Source of the DNA: Octopus vulgaris
Lineage: Eukaryota
Assembly (NCBI GenBank): GCA_951406725.2
Contig: OX597827.1
Location: 24,738,001-24,802,000, forward strand
Length of the DNA stretch: 64,000 nucleotides
Reading direction: 5' to 3'
Shown here: in pieces, positions 27,225 through 41,774 of the stretch
Layout: each line of letters starts with the position of its first letter
Numbering within the stretch: position 1 is the stretch's first letter
Position numbers and translations under genes: made by a program
Notes under the pieces: generated by a model
Database searches by the model: none
What the model saw: only the letters and a program-made list of their open reading frames with translations
Told to the model about the DNA's origin: nothing

Positions 27225-27828
27225 TAATAATAATAATAATACTATAGGCACAAGGCCTGAAATTAGACAGAATTTCACTGGTACTAATTTACCGACCCCA
27301 AAAGAACGAAAGGCAAAGTCAGCCTCTGTGGTGTTTGAACTCAGACTGTGAAAGCAGACGAAATGCCGCGAAGCATCTTGCCCGGCGTGCTAAAGATTCT
27401 GCCAACTCGTCGCCTTGGTTGCAAATTTTAGCACAAGGCCAACAATGTCGGAGGATGGGGGCTAGTCGAGGTCAGGGTACTTGATTCCACGCAAAATGTC
27501 CGAGTTTTAAATCTTAGTGAAAATCGTGCGGGTGAAAGGATCAAAATTTACCCTTTTGTCAACCCACACAGCCCTGTCTACTACGCAACTCTTTTGCTAG
27601 AGGAACACACCTGCCCTACCTTGTTAAAAGTTGTTGGTGTGGCGATCCTCGTCATGGATTCAGCCAATAATCAAATTCGTGCCACTCGTGGTAACAGCTG
27701 TTCGACATTAACACCACAAGTCAACAATACACGGATATTGCACGAGTGCGCGCAGAACGGTTTCGTTGCTCTGTGCGCAACAAGAACAGGGTAAGAAATG
27801 TTGGGGGTAGTTAGCTAATCGATTACAT

Positions 27829-28884
27829 CATAGGTTCTCAAAGTGGGCGCTACCCCCCCCCCCCGGTTGGCGTTGAGACAATCCAGGTGGGCGCTGGTGT
27901 CTAAGTAGAGAGAAAAGAGGCTTTGGGAGGCAGTGGATTGGGGGACGCTATGAATTTATAATAATATTATTATTATTATAGCAGTGTAGTGAAGACGCAT
28001 GGCTCAATGGTTAGAGCGTCGAGCTTACGATCGTGAGGTTGTGAGTTCGATTCCCGGACCGGGATGCGTGTTGTGTTCTTGAGCAAGACATTTTTATTTC
28101 ACGTTGCTCCAGTTCACTCAGCTGTCGAAATGAGTTGCGTCGTCAGAGGTGCTAAGCTGTATCGGCCCATTTGCTTTTCTCTTGGATAACATCAGTGGTG
28201 TGGAGAGTCGAGGCCAGTATGCATGGGCGACTGCTGGCCTTCTATAAAAGACCTTGCCCGGACTTGTGCCTCGGAGGGTAACTTTCTAGGTGCAATCCCA
28301 TGGTCATTCATGACCGAAGGGGGTCTTCTCCTCCTCTTATAGTACTGTATACAAATTATATGATATCATATTAAATATCAAACGATTCATAGTATTCTGT
28401 TATTCATTTACTTGTTTCAGTCATTTGCCTGCGGCCATGCTGGAGCACCGCCTTTAGTCGAACAAATTGAGCCCAGGACTTATTCTTTGTAAGCCTAATA
28501 TTTATGCTATCGGTCTCTTTTGCCGAACCGTTAAGTTACGGAGACGTAGACACGCCACCATCGGTTGTGAAGCGATGATGGAAGACAAACACAGACACAA
28601 ACAACCCCCCCCCACACATATATGCGATGGGCTTCTTTCAGTTTCCGTCTACCAAATCCACTCACAAGGCTTTGGTCGGCTCGAGGCTATAGTAGAATAG
28701 ACCTGCCCAAGGTGTCATGCAGTGGGACTGAACCCGGGACCACGTGATTGGGAAGCAAGCTACTTGCCACACAGCCACTCCTAAATTAGTAAAATATAAA
28801 ATATTTATTTATACATAAAAATAGGGGCGAGAGTATTATGTGGCCATGAGTGGTGCGGTGGCCCAAAAAGTTTGACAACCCTTG
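27829..28884. mobile_element. hAT MITE interrupted by two SINEs
   Basis: Ends cataggttctcaaa / tttgacaacccttg; 8-bp TSD gattacat at 27821-27828 and 28885-28892. Confidence 0.8.
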
Positions 28885-29577
28885 GATTACATTGAAATCA
28901 ATGCTCAACTCGTACTTATCTAAGAAATTTTCTATTTTTAAATCTCATAATGAGAGATAACCAGCAACAGTACTTTGGAGTAAAGATTGTTTGCCAACAT
29001 AACATGGCAGTCCTGGTTAAAGACGAATGCTGCTGTAATTTAGCCCCAGGAGACATCGTCTCCAGATGGCTATACGACACAAACGCAACTCCCACTTCAA
29101 TTCAAAATTTAAAAATAATAATTTAATAACCCCTATTAATATTCCTCTAATTTATAAACACTTAATCTCAATGCGTAATCTTATTGACCCGGCACAGGAT
29201 GGAAGGCAGAGCCGATGCCGGCGCTGTTTCTTCAGTTCAGAAGGGGAAGACGGACGAAATGCCGCTACGCATTTCGCCAGCTCAGCGTAGGGACAAGGCC
29301 CAGTAATGAGTGGAGGTGATGGATAAGTCGGGTGTATTGATTCCAATGCCCGACTGGTACTTGAAAGGAAGTTGAACAGGAGAAAAGATAAATAAATGAA
29401 GAAAAAAGATAAAAAGTTGATCTCGGCATGATTTGAACTCGAAATGTAAAAGGGTCGGAGCGATATACCGCAAGACATTTTGTCTAACGCTACAACAACG
29501 ATGATGATGATGATGATGATGGTGATGCTGCTGCTGTTGATGATGATGGTAATGATGATAACGACGACGACGACGAC

Positions 29578-29677
<100 letters not shown>

Positions 29678-29743
29678 GTGGTGGTGGTGGTGATGATGAT
29701 GATGATGATGATGGTGTGGTGGTGGTGGTGGTGGTGGTGGTGG

Positions 29744-29790
<47 letters not shown>

Positions 29791-30428
29791 GTGATGATGG
29801 TGATGATGATGATGATGATGATGATGGTGATGATGCATCTGTCGGCAGTCAGGCGATGGCATTTCCACGCAAGACGAGAAATGAAAGTAAGTTATCAAAT
29901 GAGTGATCCGAAATGTAAACAACAACACAATAAACAATATCGACTGCAACATAAAACAAAATAACAAAAACCACCACCACCACCACCACCACCACCACCA
30001 ATGCCAACGCCAAAACCACGACCATCACCACCAAAAATCAACACTACCACCGCCACCCCCTTCGCCTCCAACAACAACGACAGCAGCGACCACTTGACGC
30101 TGATGGCGCTTAGGATGTCGGTGAGGCTCAACAGCAGCATCCTTCGACTGTAACTAATGTCGAACCACACCTACAATATCAGCAACAACAACAACCACAC
30201 CTAGACAAGCCAGCGCGGTAGCCTCTAAGTGGTCTCTCTCTCTCTCCCTCTCTCTCTCTCTCTCTCCACGTGTTAGAAATAGCAGCCAAATCTCGGTTCT
30301 CTTAGGGAAATTACAGGATGGTCAATGCTGGACTGCTTTTAAATAACACCAACAATGACGATAATGATGGCAAAAGGAAAATAAAGCTTGTAAAATTGAG
30401 ACAGATAGGTAGAAAGACAGACAGACAC

Positions 30429-30507
<79 letters not shown>

Positions 30508-30800
30508 GAGACAGACAGACAGATAGACATACAGATAAATAGATACACAAAGAGATTGAGGCATGTAGGTAGATAGATAGATATGTAAATATATTGATAG
30601 ATAGATAGATAGGTAGATAGGTAGGTAGGTAGGTAGGTAGGTAGGTAGGCAGTTAGATAGATAGACAGATAGATACATAAGAGATAGATAGGCAGGTAGA
30701 TTGATAGATTATTGATAGATAGATAGATAAGTAGGTAGGTAGGTAGATAGACTGATAGATAGATAAATAGATAGATAGCTGGATAGATAGACAGACAGAC

Positions 30801-30852
<52 letters not shown>

Positions 30853-31059
30853 GGATGGATGGATGGATGGATGGATGGATGGATGGATGGATGGATAGAT
30901 AGATAGATAGAGAGAGATGGATAGGCAGCTAGAGAGGTAGAGAAATAGGTAGATAGATAAATGGACAGATCGATTGATTGCTTAATTGACAGGAGAGAGA
31001 GAAAGAGTGGCAAAGAGACGGAGAGAGGGAAAGAGAGATACAGAAGGAGAAAGAGAGAG

Positions 31060-31110
<51 letters not shown>

Positions 31111-32881
31111 TGGAGTTATTTGGAGCAACAGTTTGTGTCGGCGTCAGTAAGACGGATATTTAACTTGCCAGTAATCCAAGACGTGCCAGCCATGACAATA
31201 CCGCCTTTTGCTTGGCTTCCAACATCTAGAAATGCATTATCCAGTCCGGCTTTCCTTTAGACAGTTGAGGGCTAATTTGGTGGCTATTTCTAGCTTGTCC
31301 AATGAACGACTGTGTAGGGACTTCCTGGGTAGAATCTGGTCATCGCGGCCGATGTTATTTTAGCCTCAGGTAAGTCCTGTACGAATGGACCGACCATCAA
31401 AAACACTTCACTTATGGCCGTACCGTATTTTTTCCAGGCTGGTATACATACATACACATACATACATACATACATACATACATACATACATACATACTTG
31501 CATACACACATACATTAATACATACATACACACACATACATACATACATACATACACACATACATACATACATACATACATACATACATACATACATACA
31601 TACATACACATACATACATACATGCATACATACATACTTGCATACACACACATACATACATACATACATACATACATACACGCACATACATACATACATA
31701 CATACATACATACATACATACATACATACATACATACATACACATACATACATGCATACATACACACATACTTACATATACACACATACCTACCTACATA
31801 CATACACATACATGCACACACATACATACATACATACATACATACATACATACATACATACATACATACATACATACCTGTGTGTACATATACATCACGC
31901 ATACATACCTACAACGGACATATACGCACGCGCACATGTATGTATGTATACATATAAATATACACGCATGCATACATATACAGGCAAACAACCACACACA
32001 CATACACACACGAACACGATACTACATTATTCAATGTGCCTTCTCCCTCTTGAGACGGCAAAGAGTGATTTGTGAGAGATTGGGCTGCTATTTCTACATG
32101 GAGTCTGGACAGCATCCTCTGTTTGTCTCCATGTGTGTTGGTGTAGTTTAATCTACATACATACATACATACAAGCATACATGCATACATACATACATAC
32201 ATACATACACGCATACATACATATATACATACATACATACATACATACATACACACATACATACATACATACATACATACATACACACACATACACACAT
32301 ACATACATACATACATACATACACACACATACACACATACATACATACATACATACATACATACATACATACATACATACATACATACATACATACATAC
32401 ACACATACCTACACACGCAGACGCACAAGCATACATACATACGTATATATTATAGATATGTATGCATGCTTGTGTGGATGCAAGTATGTAGAGTGATAGA
32501 AGTAGAAATAAAGGAGTGGTAAGAGGAGAACATGAAGAAGGAAAAGAAAAAGAAAAAGAAGTAAGAAGCTAGGAGAAGGAGTAGGAGGTGATTGCTTTTG
32601 TTGTTTGTTACGTTATTGTTATTGTTGTTTTTTGAGAAAGTAGCTCTTACCGTTTGTCCTAAGTGAGAAAGCGAGTCTCGGCTGTCCTCGTTGATGGTGG
32701 GCCGGTGTTAAACCTGTCGGGGTCCCCCACCTTAGCTGCTCCAACAGTACTTAACTCCACCGATGGGATATTCCAATTCGTTAAAAACCTGCCAGCGATG
32801 ATAGAGCTGGGTTCTTTTTTTTTTTTCTTATGCTTTTTTTTTTCCTGCCGACAAAATATTATACTCTCAATTTGCTATCTT

Positions 32882-32936
<55 letters not shown>

Positions 32937-33257
32937 ATCTCCGTCTCTCTCACTCTCTCTGTCTATCTTTCCTTTTCCCTCTCTCTCTCTCTAATATATT
33001 GTTGTTACGGTGATAATGAAGAAAAATATAAAGGTGATGCTGATGCACAGATGATTGATATGATGATGATGATGATGATGATGATGGTAGTAGTGGTGGT
33101 GGTGGTGGTGGTGGTGGTGGTGGTGGTGGTGGTGTTGGTGATGATAATGATGGTGATGGATGTGGCATGGCGATGGTAGTTATTTTTCTACTGATCGGAG
33201 AATGGCACTCGATGGTGGTGAAGGCATCTTACCTGGTACTGATGATAACAGTGATGG

Positions 33258-33309
<52 letters not shown>

Positions 33310-34068
33310 AGCGGTGATGGCTGCATACCTGGTGGTTATTACAGTCGTAGTGGTGATGGTAACGATAGTGGGTGATATGGCAATGATAAGGGGCGGGGGA
33401 AGACGGTGGGGGCATTATAAGAGAAGTGGTGGTGGTGGTGGTGGTACTGATGTTAGTCTAGTAATAAATGGCGGTGATGATGAAGTTGGTGGTGGTGGTG
33501 ATGATGATGCTGATGATGATGGTGGCGGTGGTGGTGGTGGTGGTGGTGGTGGTGGTGGTGGTGGTGGTGGTAATGATGATGATGGTGGTGATGGTGGTGG
33601 TGGTAGTAGTGGTGGTGGTGGTGGTACCAGTGCTGGTAGTGATGGTAATGGCAACCGTACTGTAGATTACTTTCATCTAAATTTCTTTTTATCTAAAATA
33701 TTATTTCCTTGTTCCTCTCTCTTTCTCAGTCTCTCTATGTCTCTCTCTCTCTCTCTCTCATATACAGTCACTCTCTCTCTCTCTCTCTCTTTGTCTTCTC
33801 CTCCTTCTCTCACTCACTGCATATCACTTACCATTTCTCAGAACATCATTCCTCGTCTTTCTCACTCCTTTTACTATTAATGTCTCTCTCTCTCACTCTC
33901 TTTCTCTCACTCTCTCTCTCTCCATACACACAAATTCTTCTTACCTTTTCACTGCATTTCTCTCTCTCTCTCTCTCTTTCACTCAAACACACACTCACAC
34001 ACGTAAATTCCTTTCACCTTTTCGGTAGATTTTTCTCTTATTCTCACGTTCCATCCATCGATATTTTT

Positions 34069-34177
<109 letters not shown>

Positions 34178-34818
34178 GACACACAGACACACACACACAC
34201 ACACACACAAACACACACAAACACACACAAACACACACAAACATACGCATACGCACACATTCAGAAAAGTGTATGTATGTACACGTGCATATTGTGTACT
34301 CTGTAGGTACTCTTAGTTGGGTGTATATGTGTGGGTACGTGTGTATATGTTTGTATATAGTGTATATATGCGCTTGTGTGTGTGTGTGTGTGTGTGTGTG
34401 TCTTATGGTATGTGATTCCCAAGTTATGCTTGTCTTAACACAAAAGCAGAAATCAGTAAACAAAGTTGTACAAAAGCCATTCTGCTATTCTCTTGGTGAG
34501 TATAGAACTGTCACGCTTTATGTATTCTACTCGTCTACTATCCTAAGATTCCACTATTCTGTTATTCTTCTTAATATCTGTAGATTCACCATAGAACAGT
34601 ACATCATATATAATCTTTCTTTTATTCTTTTATTTGTTTCAGTCATTTGACTGCGGCCATGCAGGAGCACCGCCTTTAGTCGAGCAAATCGCCCCCAGGA
34701 CTTATTCTTTGCAAGCCTGGTACTTATTCTATCGGCCTGTCTTGCCGAACAGCTAAGTGACGGGGACGTAAACACACCAGCATCGGTTGCGGGGGGGGGG
34801 GACAAACATAGACACACA

Positions 34819-34854
<36 letters not shown>

Positions 34855-35024
34855 GGGAGAGAAGAAAAATATATGTGTGTGTATATATATATACACTAAG
34901 GGCTTCTTTTCAGTTTCCATCAAGGCTTTAGTAGAAAACACCTGCCCTAGGTGCCATTCAATGGGACTGAACCCGGAACCATGTGGTTGGTAAGCAAGCT
35001 ACTTACCACACAGCCACTCCTGCG

Positions 35025-35150
<126 letters not shown>

Positions 35151-35250
35151 TATTGATAGAAATGGCAAAACAACAAAAGAATGAAAGAGACCTCGATATT
35201 ATGTAAATAGAGGGATTTATCTGTAAATATAATATGTGACAATTAGCCAT

Positions 35251-35311
35251 GATAAAACTCCGAGTTTCGGATGTCGGGGCGGAAACCCACGCCGGCATCT
35301 CTTCCCTTATC
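35251..35311 (-). ncRNA. Hammerhead motif with mutated core (GGGAAGA); inverted partner of 36647-36707
   Basis: 35222-35340 is the reverse complement of ~36618-36742. Confidence 0.55.
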
Positions 35312-35367
35312 CGGCCATCGAAAAAAACGCTATATCTTGTGTGTGTGAGTGAAGAGAGAGAGAAAGA

Positions 35368-35412
<45 letters not shown>

Positions 35413-35439
35413 TGACAGACAGAGAGAGAGAGAGAGATT

Positions 35440-36555
35440 AGTAGTAAAAGGAGTGAGATATGTTACTTTATTAGCCACACAGGGCTGCACACAGACGGGA
35501 CAGATTAGAAAGTAGAGCTTTTCTTTTTTGGGGAGAGAAAAAAAAAAGTGGGGTAGGTTTTCGATCAAAAGGGATCGTAAAAGGGAAAGAAGAAAAAAAG
35601 GAAAAGAAAAAAACGATCAATAGGTATCGTGTATCACAGTGTCATGATGTAAAGTGTAAAGGGGGGAAGCAGATAAGGTTTATCTGTGGGAAGAAAAGAC
35701 TACGGAAAAGACCATGGTAACCTCAGTCAATAATGTCACATGTTATCACATTTGTTTGCAAGTAGGTAACCCTCTGCTTTAAATTTTCCGGGTTCATAGG
35801 ATTATGCTCAAGGTGGCTTCGTCATTCATACGTGCCATCCTTGCTACATTCACCAATCTTTTTTTGAAACATTCGCTAGGCAAAACTTGCCTCTCTACTT
35901 TCACTTTTCTTTTCAAGTGATACTTGAAAAAGTTGATGAGAGATTAACCAGAGAGGAAAGTGTTTGTCTCCAATCCTTTCAGACGCGTTCACCAGATACA
36001 TTCTTTCGCCATATCCACAAGGATGATGAAAATAGCTCTTCCTTCCCGTTTGAAGGAAGGAGGCGTGACAATATTGACGATAGACTCGGCTGATAAACCG
36101 ACTCGTCCCACACGTGACAGCAGTCGTTCGACATAAGCCCACAGGTCGGAAATTGTTGGACACTGCACGAGTGTCTGCAGAACGGTTTTGTTGTTCTGAC
36201 CGCATCTCGGGCAGGTCGGCCCCGTGTTTCTCGAGCCTTGTCTGTAGAGCTTATCCCGAACGGGTGGCGCTTCTCGGTAGTACTGCCAGGCCAGGGATCT
36301 CTGGAAGTTGTCCATGGGCCCTGGCCCGAAAGTCTTCTCAAACAGGCGGGTCAGATATTCCTCGTCGACGTCCAGGTTCACCCCGAGCTCGTGTCGTACC
36401 TCCCCTCCACTAATCCCCTATAGAATGCTTTGGTTGTGTTGAAGTCACTCAAGGTCGACCCGGAACGGCAGAGTTGCTTGAGAGCAACGCGACACTCGCG
36501 GTGCCATTCGCCCTTCCTCGGCCTCTTTTTGATCCACGACTGCAGTTCGGTCATG
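35440..36555 (-). mobile_element. 3' fragment of a Tx1/L1-clade LINE
   Basis: zf-RVT-like ...SLAWQ...VRDKL...TCPRCGQ..KTVLQTLVQCP...LW...AKECIW; 3' UTR with AATAAA runs into (TC)n. Confidence 0.8.
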
Positions 36556-36646
36556 GAGACGAGGAATGATGTTCTGGGAAATGGTAAGTGATATGAAGTG
36601 AGTGAGAGAAGAAGAAGACAAAAATATCGCATTTTTTCGATGGCCC

Positions 36647-36707
36647 GATAACTGAAGAGATGCCGGTCTGGGTTTCCGCCCCGACATCCGAAACTCGGAG
36701 TTTTATC
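36647..36707 (+). ncRNA. Type I hammerhead ribozyme motif with intact core
   Basis: gataa-CTGAAGA-gatgccgg...ccgacatc-c-GAAA-ctc(g)gag-T-T-ttatc; stems I, II and III all pair, GUU site. Confidence 0.8.
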
Positions 36708-37502
36708 ATGGCTACAGAATAATTGTCGCATATTATATTTACATATGTATATATATTCTCCTATTTTCCTACTTGTTGTGTGTAGAGGTGTCATGGTATA
36801 TATTCTACTATTCTAAACCCAGGTAATTCCATTATTCTACTATTCTACTCTCATGCAATCCCATTATTCTGCTATTCTAACACTTAACAACTTTGTGTAG
36901 ACATGCCATGCTATATATTCTACTATTCTGCAGTGGATTTACTAAGGTATATTCCTCAGTTCCAATATTCTGATTTTCCATTACTTAACTTTTTAATATT
37001 TCTAGATACACCAACATATTTATTCTGCTATTATTTTATTCCACTATTCTATAATTCGACAATTTAGTGTCTGTTGTCTGTAGAATTACTAAGGTCTATA
37101 TTCTGCTGATCCGCTATTCCGTCTGTTATTCCACTTCTCAATAACTTGGTGTTTGGCATCTATAACTCTATCAAGACATACATATTCGTACTAAGGTAGG
37201 TTTAGAAAAGCATATATTCTGTTATTCTACTGTTTCACTATTCTACTATCCTATATTACATTGTTTGATAACTTGGTAACTATATTCTACCAAGGGATAC
37301 ATTCAATTAATCTTTTATTCTATTATTCCTCTATGCTACTATTCTCCCATTACGCTGCTTGACAACTTGATATCTGTAAATTTACCAAGCTATATATTCT
37401 ATGATTCTTCAATTCTACTATTCCGCCATTGTACTATATCACTACTTGATAACTTGGTATATCTAGATATGTCAACTTATATATAATGAAATTATTGTAT
37501 AC

Positions 37503-37600
37503 AGTGCTCAGGTGCACCACAAGTGCTCAGGTGCACTACAAGTGCTCAGGTGCACTACAAGTGCTCAGGTGCACCACAAAGTGCTCAGGTGCACCACAAG
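37503..37600. repeat. 19-bp minisatellite, 5 units
   Basis: aagtgctcaggtgcacYac repeated head-to-tail without spacers. Confidence 0.95.
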
Positions 37601-37743
37601 TTATATTCAGTTAATCTTGTATTTCTATTGCAGATTTACCAAAATATACACAATTAATTATCCGGCAAGATTGGAACCGAAAGAGTACAGGACTTCTGGT
37701 TGTTTGGAGACAGTCTAAGCACATATTTAAAATATAAAATAAA

Positions 37744-38105
37744 CTAGCTATTTTGACCCACGCTTCGCTTGGGTTTTGGTGGTGGTGTTGTTTTGTGCGT
37801 GTTGTCTCCTTTCCCCTTTCTTCTTTTGTTCGTCTTCTTTGTCTGGTTCTTTTTATTGCTCTCTTCTTTTTCTTTTTCTTATTTAAAAATTTTTTTCTTT
37901 AAAACTCAATTTTTCCACTATTCCTCACCATGGCAACCAAACGGTAGCTCCGAGCGACTTGCAACCCTCCTCGCACCATTGCCCACCCCATTTTACCCCC
38001 CAGTGTAAATTTTGGCGCCAATCCGACCCCATCTACCGTTCCCTTCCCAAAATGAGACAAATAACCAAGAAATCAAACAACTTTTTCGCATTTCAGCTTT
38101 ATAGA
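37744..38105 (-). mobile_element. Non-autonomous Helitron; second copy at 60487-60918 (+)
   Basis: 5' A|TCTATAAAGC, 3' hairpin cccaagcgaagcgtggg then CTAG|T. Confidence 0.75.
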
Positions 38106-38430
38106 TATTGATTAGGTAAAAGTACAGAACGGTATTGTACACAATAGCTTCAAATAAATACACTTCTAAAGCTGGCTCCGCTTGGAATTCTTGAAACATA
38201 TCATACTGTGCCCTGTATAATGTTTTCAAGATAAACATTAAGCGAAGAAAAGCGAAAAAAAAAACATGATGTTATTTAACAGATACAGATACAAATTAAT
38301 ACTTAACAGATACAGGTACAGATTAAGTCTAAGTGATACCAGAACTATAGTCATATCGTATTTCGAAGCAAACTCTCCTCTCATGAACCCAGTTGTTTAA
38401 TGATCCCCTCATCTGGAATATGTTTTAGAA

Positions 38431-38753
38431 TAGTGTTTCTCAACCGGAGACATAGGGCTCTTGAGGGTCCATATAAGATTTCGGGGGGGGGGGGGGATGC
38501 AACAAAATAGTAAAATGGAGATTCATACTTGTATTGTAAGCCCCCCCCCCCAAGTTCTGCTTTAAATGTATTTTTTGCTGTGTTGGGTTTCTTTCTCTAA
38601 CATTTTACATTGTTCAACCAACAAAATAGGAATTTTGAAAGAAGTTTCTATAAAACTAGTTTTTAAAGATCGAATCGCTATGGGGGGGGGGTGTCCATCA
38701 GAATAAAATAGTCATCAAAAGGGATCCATAGATAAAATTGATCGAGAACCCTG
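38431..38753. mobile_element. hAT (Charlie-like) MITE
   Basis: Ends tagtgtttctcaa / tcgagaaccctg; 8-bp TSD ttttagaa at 38423-38430 and 38754-38761. Confidence 0.8.
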
Positions 38754-39347
38754 TTTTAGAAGGACTATCTAATACTTCAATCCTCAGTTCGCTTCATCCA
38801 CCCGAAACCTTGAACAAAGCTGCATGGGAATGTCTACCCTGGATGAATACTTGCTGCCACTGAACCGGCCAAGTGCACATAGATGTTACATCAAAGGATA
38901 TTAGGGCACATATGCAGCAGAAACACGTGTCGGAGTGGAACTTAATGAGAATGATATTGTAAGAAACAAATTTTGAAAATGAATAATTCTCCATAGTGGA
39001 CACGTGTGGCCTAGTGGTTGCGGGTATTTGAACTCATGGTCGTAAGATTATGGTTTTAATTCCTGGACCGAGCTTCACGTTGTGTTCTTGAGTAAAACAT
39101 CTCGTTTCACATTACTCCAGTTCATAAAGCTAGCAAAATTGAGTAATCCTGCGTCGGACCTGCGTCATATCTAAGGGCTATATGGACAAACATACATACA
39201 TACATACATACATAATACATACATACATACATACATACATACATAATACATACATACATACATACATACATACATACATACATACATACATACATACGTA
39301 TGTATATACATATATATTTATGTATATATGTAGGTATGTATCTATGA

Positions 39348-39787
<440 letters not shown>

Positions 39788-40314
39788 ATGGAGTAAACAT
39801 TATCTGAGAGAAATTTTCTTTAAGTAGTAGAAATGGCTAAAAAATTTTTTTCTGGCTGCTATTTCTACTAAGTTCAGTATGTGGCAAAGTAATTTATTTT
39901 ACTAAGCCCTAATTATACATATATATATAGACGAGCTGGCAGAAACGTTAGCGCGCCGGGCGAAATGCTTAGCGGTATTTCGTCTGTCGTTACGTTCTGA
40001 TTTCAAACTCCGCCAAGGTCGACTTTCCCTTTCATCCTTTCGGGGTCGATAAATAAAGTACCAGTTTCGCACTGGGGTCGATGAAATCGACTTAATCCCT
40101 TTGTCTGTCCTTGTTTGTCCTCTCTATGTTTAGCCCCTTGTGGGTAGTAAAGAAATATATATATATAGAGACCCCTTCAGTGTTTTATTAACATTACAAT
40201 TCCCGTCTGGCAGAGTGAATTGCGTCACGCTGTTGCTTTTTGCACAGACGGTGCCCAAGCGACCCTACTATACTGCGCAGTCGACAAAATCAAAAAGAAA
40301 CAATGCGTACACGC

Positions 40315-40383
<69 letters not shown>

Positions 40384-40560
40384 AAAATATGGTAAAGTAA
40401 AAAAAATTCACTTTACCACACACCGAACTTTTCAGAAATAGCAGCCAAAAATTTGGCTATTTCTTCAACTGCAAATAAAAGTCTCCAGACAATGCATACT
40501 CAGAAAATAACTCACATAGGTATAAGGGAAAACAATGAAAGATCACATCCATATACGATA

Positions 40561-40622
40561 CCCGAGGACAGTCTGTTTCTGGATTTGTGGGTAAAACGCC
40601 ACTTTTCCTTCATCAGCTCAGA
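40561..40622 (-). ncRNA. Type I hammerhead ribozyme motif with canonical core and GUC site
   Basis: Minus: tctgag-CTGATGA-a-gga-aaa-gtgg(cgttttac)ccac-aaa-tcc-a-GAAA-cag(a)ctg-T-C-ctcggg. Confidence 0.8.
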
Positions 40623-40935
40623 GATTTCTTCTGATTTAGATTTGAAAATACTAAGAATCCAACATACCCGTCCGATATCTGTAACATCGGACAAACCATG
40701 CCAGACACCCAGTACTAGCGAATCCAAAAATACGAATGAGATCTATTATTGTCCCTGTCCACCCACGTGAGTCATAGAGCATTACATTTCTACAGAGGTA
40801 AAAACTGCAGTTCAAATTCTTGGAGATTAAAGCATTATATTGTCATCAAAAAAAGGTGATTTTTATAAATTAATACTTCAAATATACCGTAAATGGTCTT
40901 TACATACCGAATACTGCTTGGTCGAATTTATTAAC

Positions 40936-40978
<43 letters not shown>

Positions 40979-40989
40979 TATACATATAC

Positions 40990-41112
<123 letters not shown>

Positions 41113-41239
41113 TGTTTTTCTCTCGTTTGGAACGGTTCTGGTAATCTTCCTTCTATCATTTGATTGTTTGTTCCTTTCTAGGCTATAAAAGGTCTTTCCA
41201 TAATTTTTGTTGATCGTAATTATTCCTACCAATATGTAA

Positions 41240-41328
41240 TTCCTGACGAAGAATCCAATTTTTATTTCAAGAAGAGTTTTTCGTTTTTGCCTTTGGAATT
41301 AATTAGACTCCGAAACAATTTGTAGACT
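41240..41328 (+). ncRNA. Degenerate type I hammerhead motif
   Basis: CTGACGA (41243), a-gaatccaatt...aattagactc-c, GAAA-c(aattt)g-T-A; stem I is weak. Confidence 0.45.
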
Positions 41329-41442
41329 ATAGATTCGTTTTGTTACCAACTTGGATTTGAATTAAAAATCGTCTACATCTACATATTTTCCCCCTTTCCT
41401 TATACACACACACACACACACGCGCATACACACGCGCACACG

Positions 41443-41528
<86 letters not shown>

Positions 41529-41774
41529 GAGGGTTCGATGGGTAAATTGTCGCCATTTTAAATTTTAAATTTCGCGCGTACGCATTGTTTCTTTTTGATT
41601 TTGTCGACTGCGCAGTATAGTAGGGTCGTTTGGGCACCGTCTGTGCAAAAAGCAACAGCGTGACGCAATTCACTCTGCCAGATATTTGGAAACGACAAGC
41701 TGTACTGCTTAGCATTCGCACTGGAAGCTTTAATACAAACATTTCAGAGTGTTTGGGTGTCAATCTGAGGACAT

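Noticed and set aside
37503-37600. Short repeat arrays (also at 57907 and 62009) as CRISPR
   Set aside because: No spacers, no cas genes, eukaryotic context
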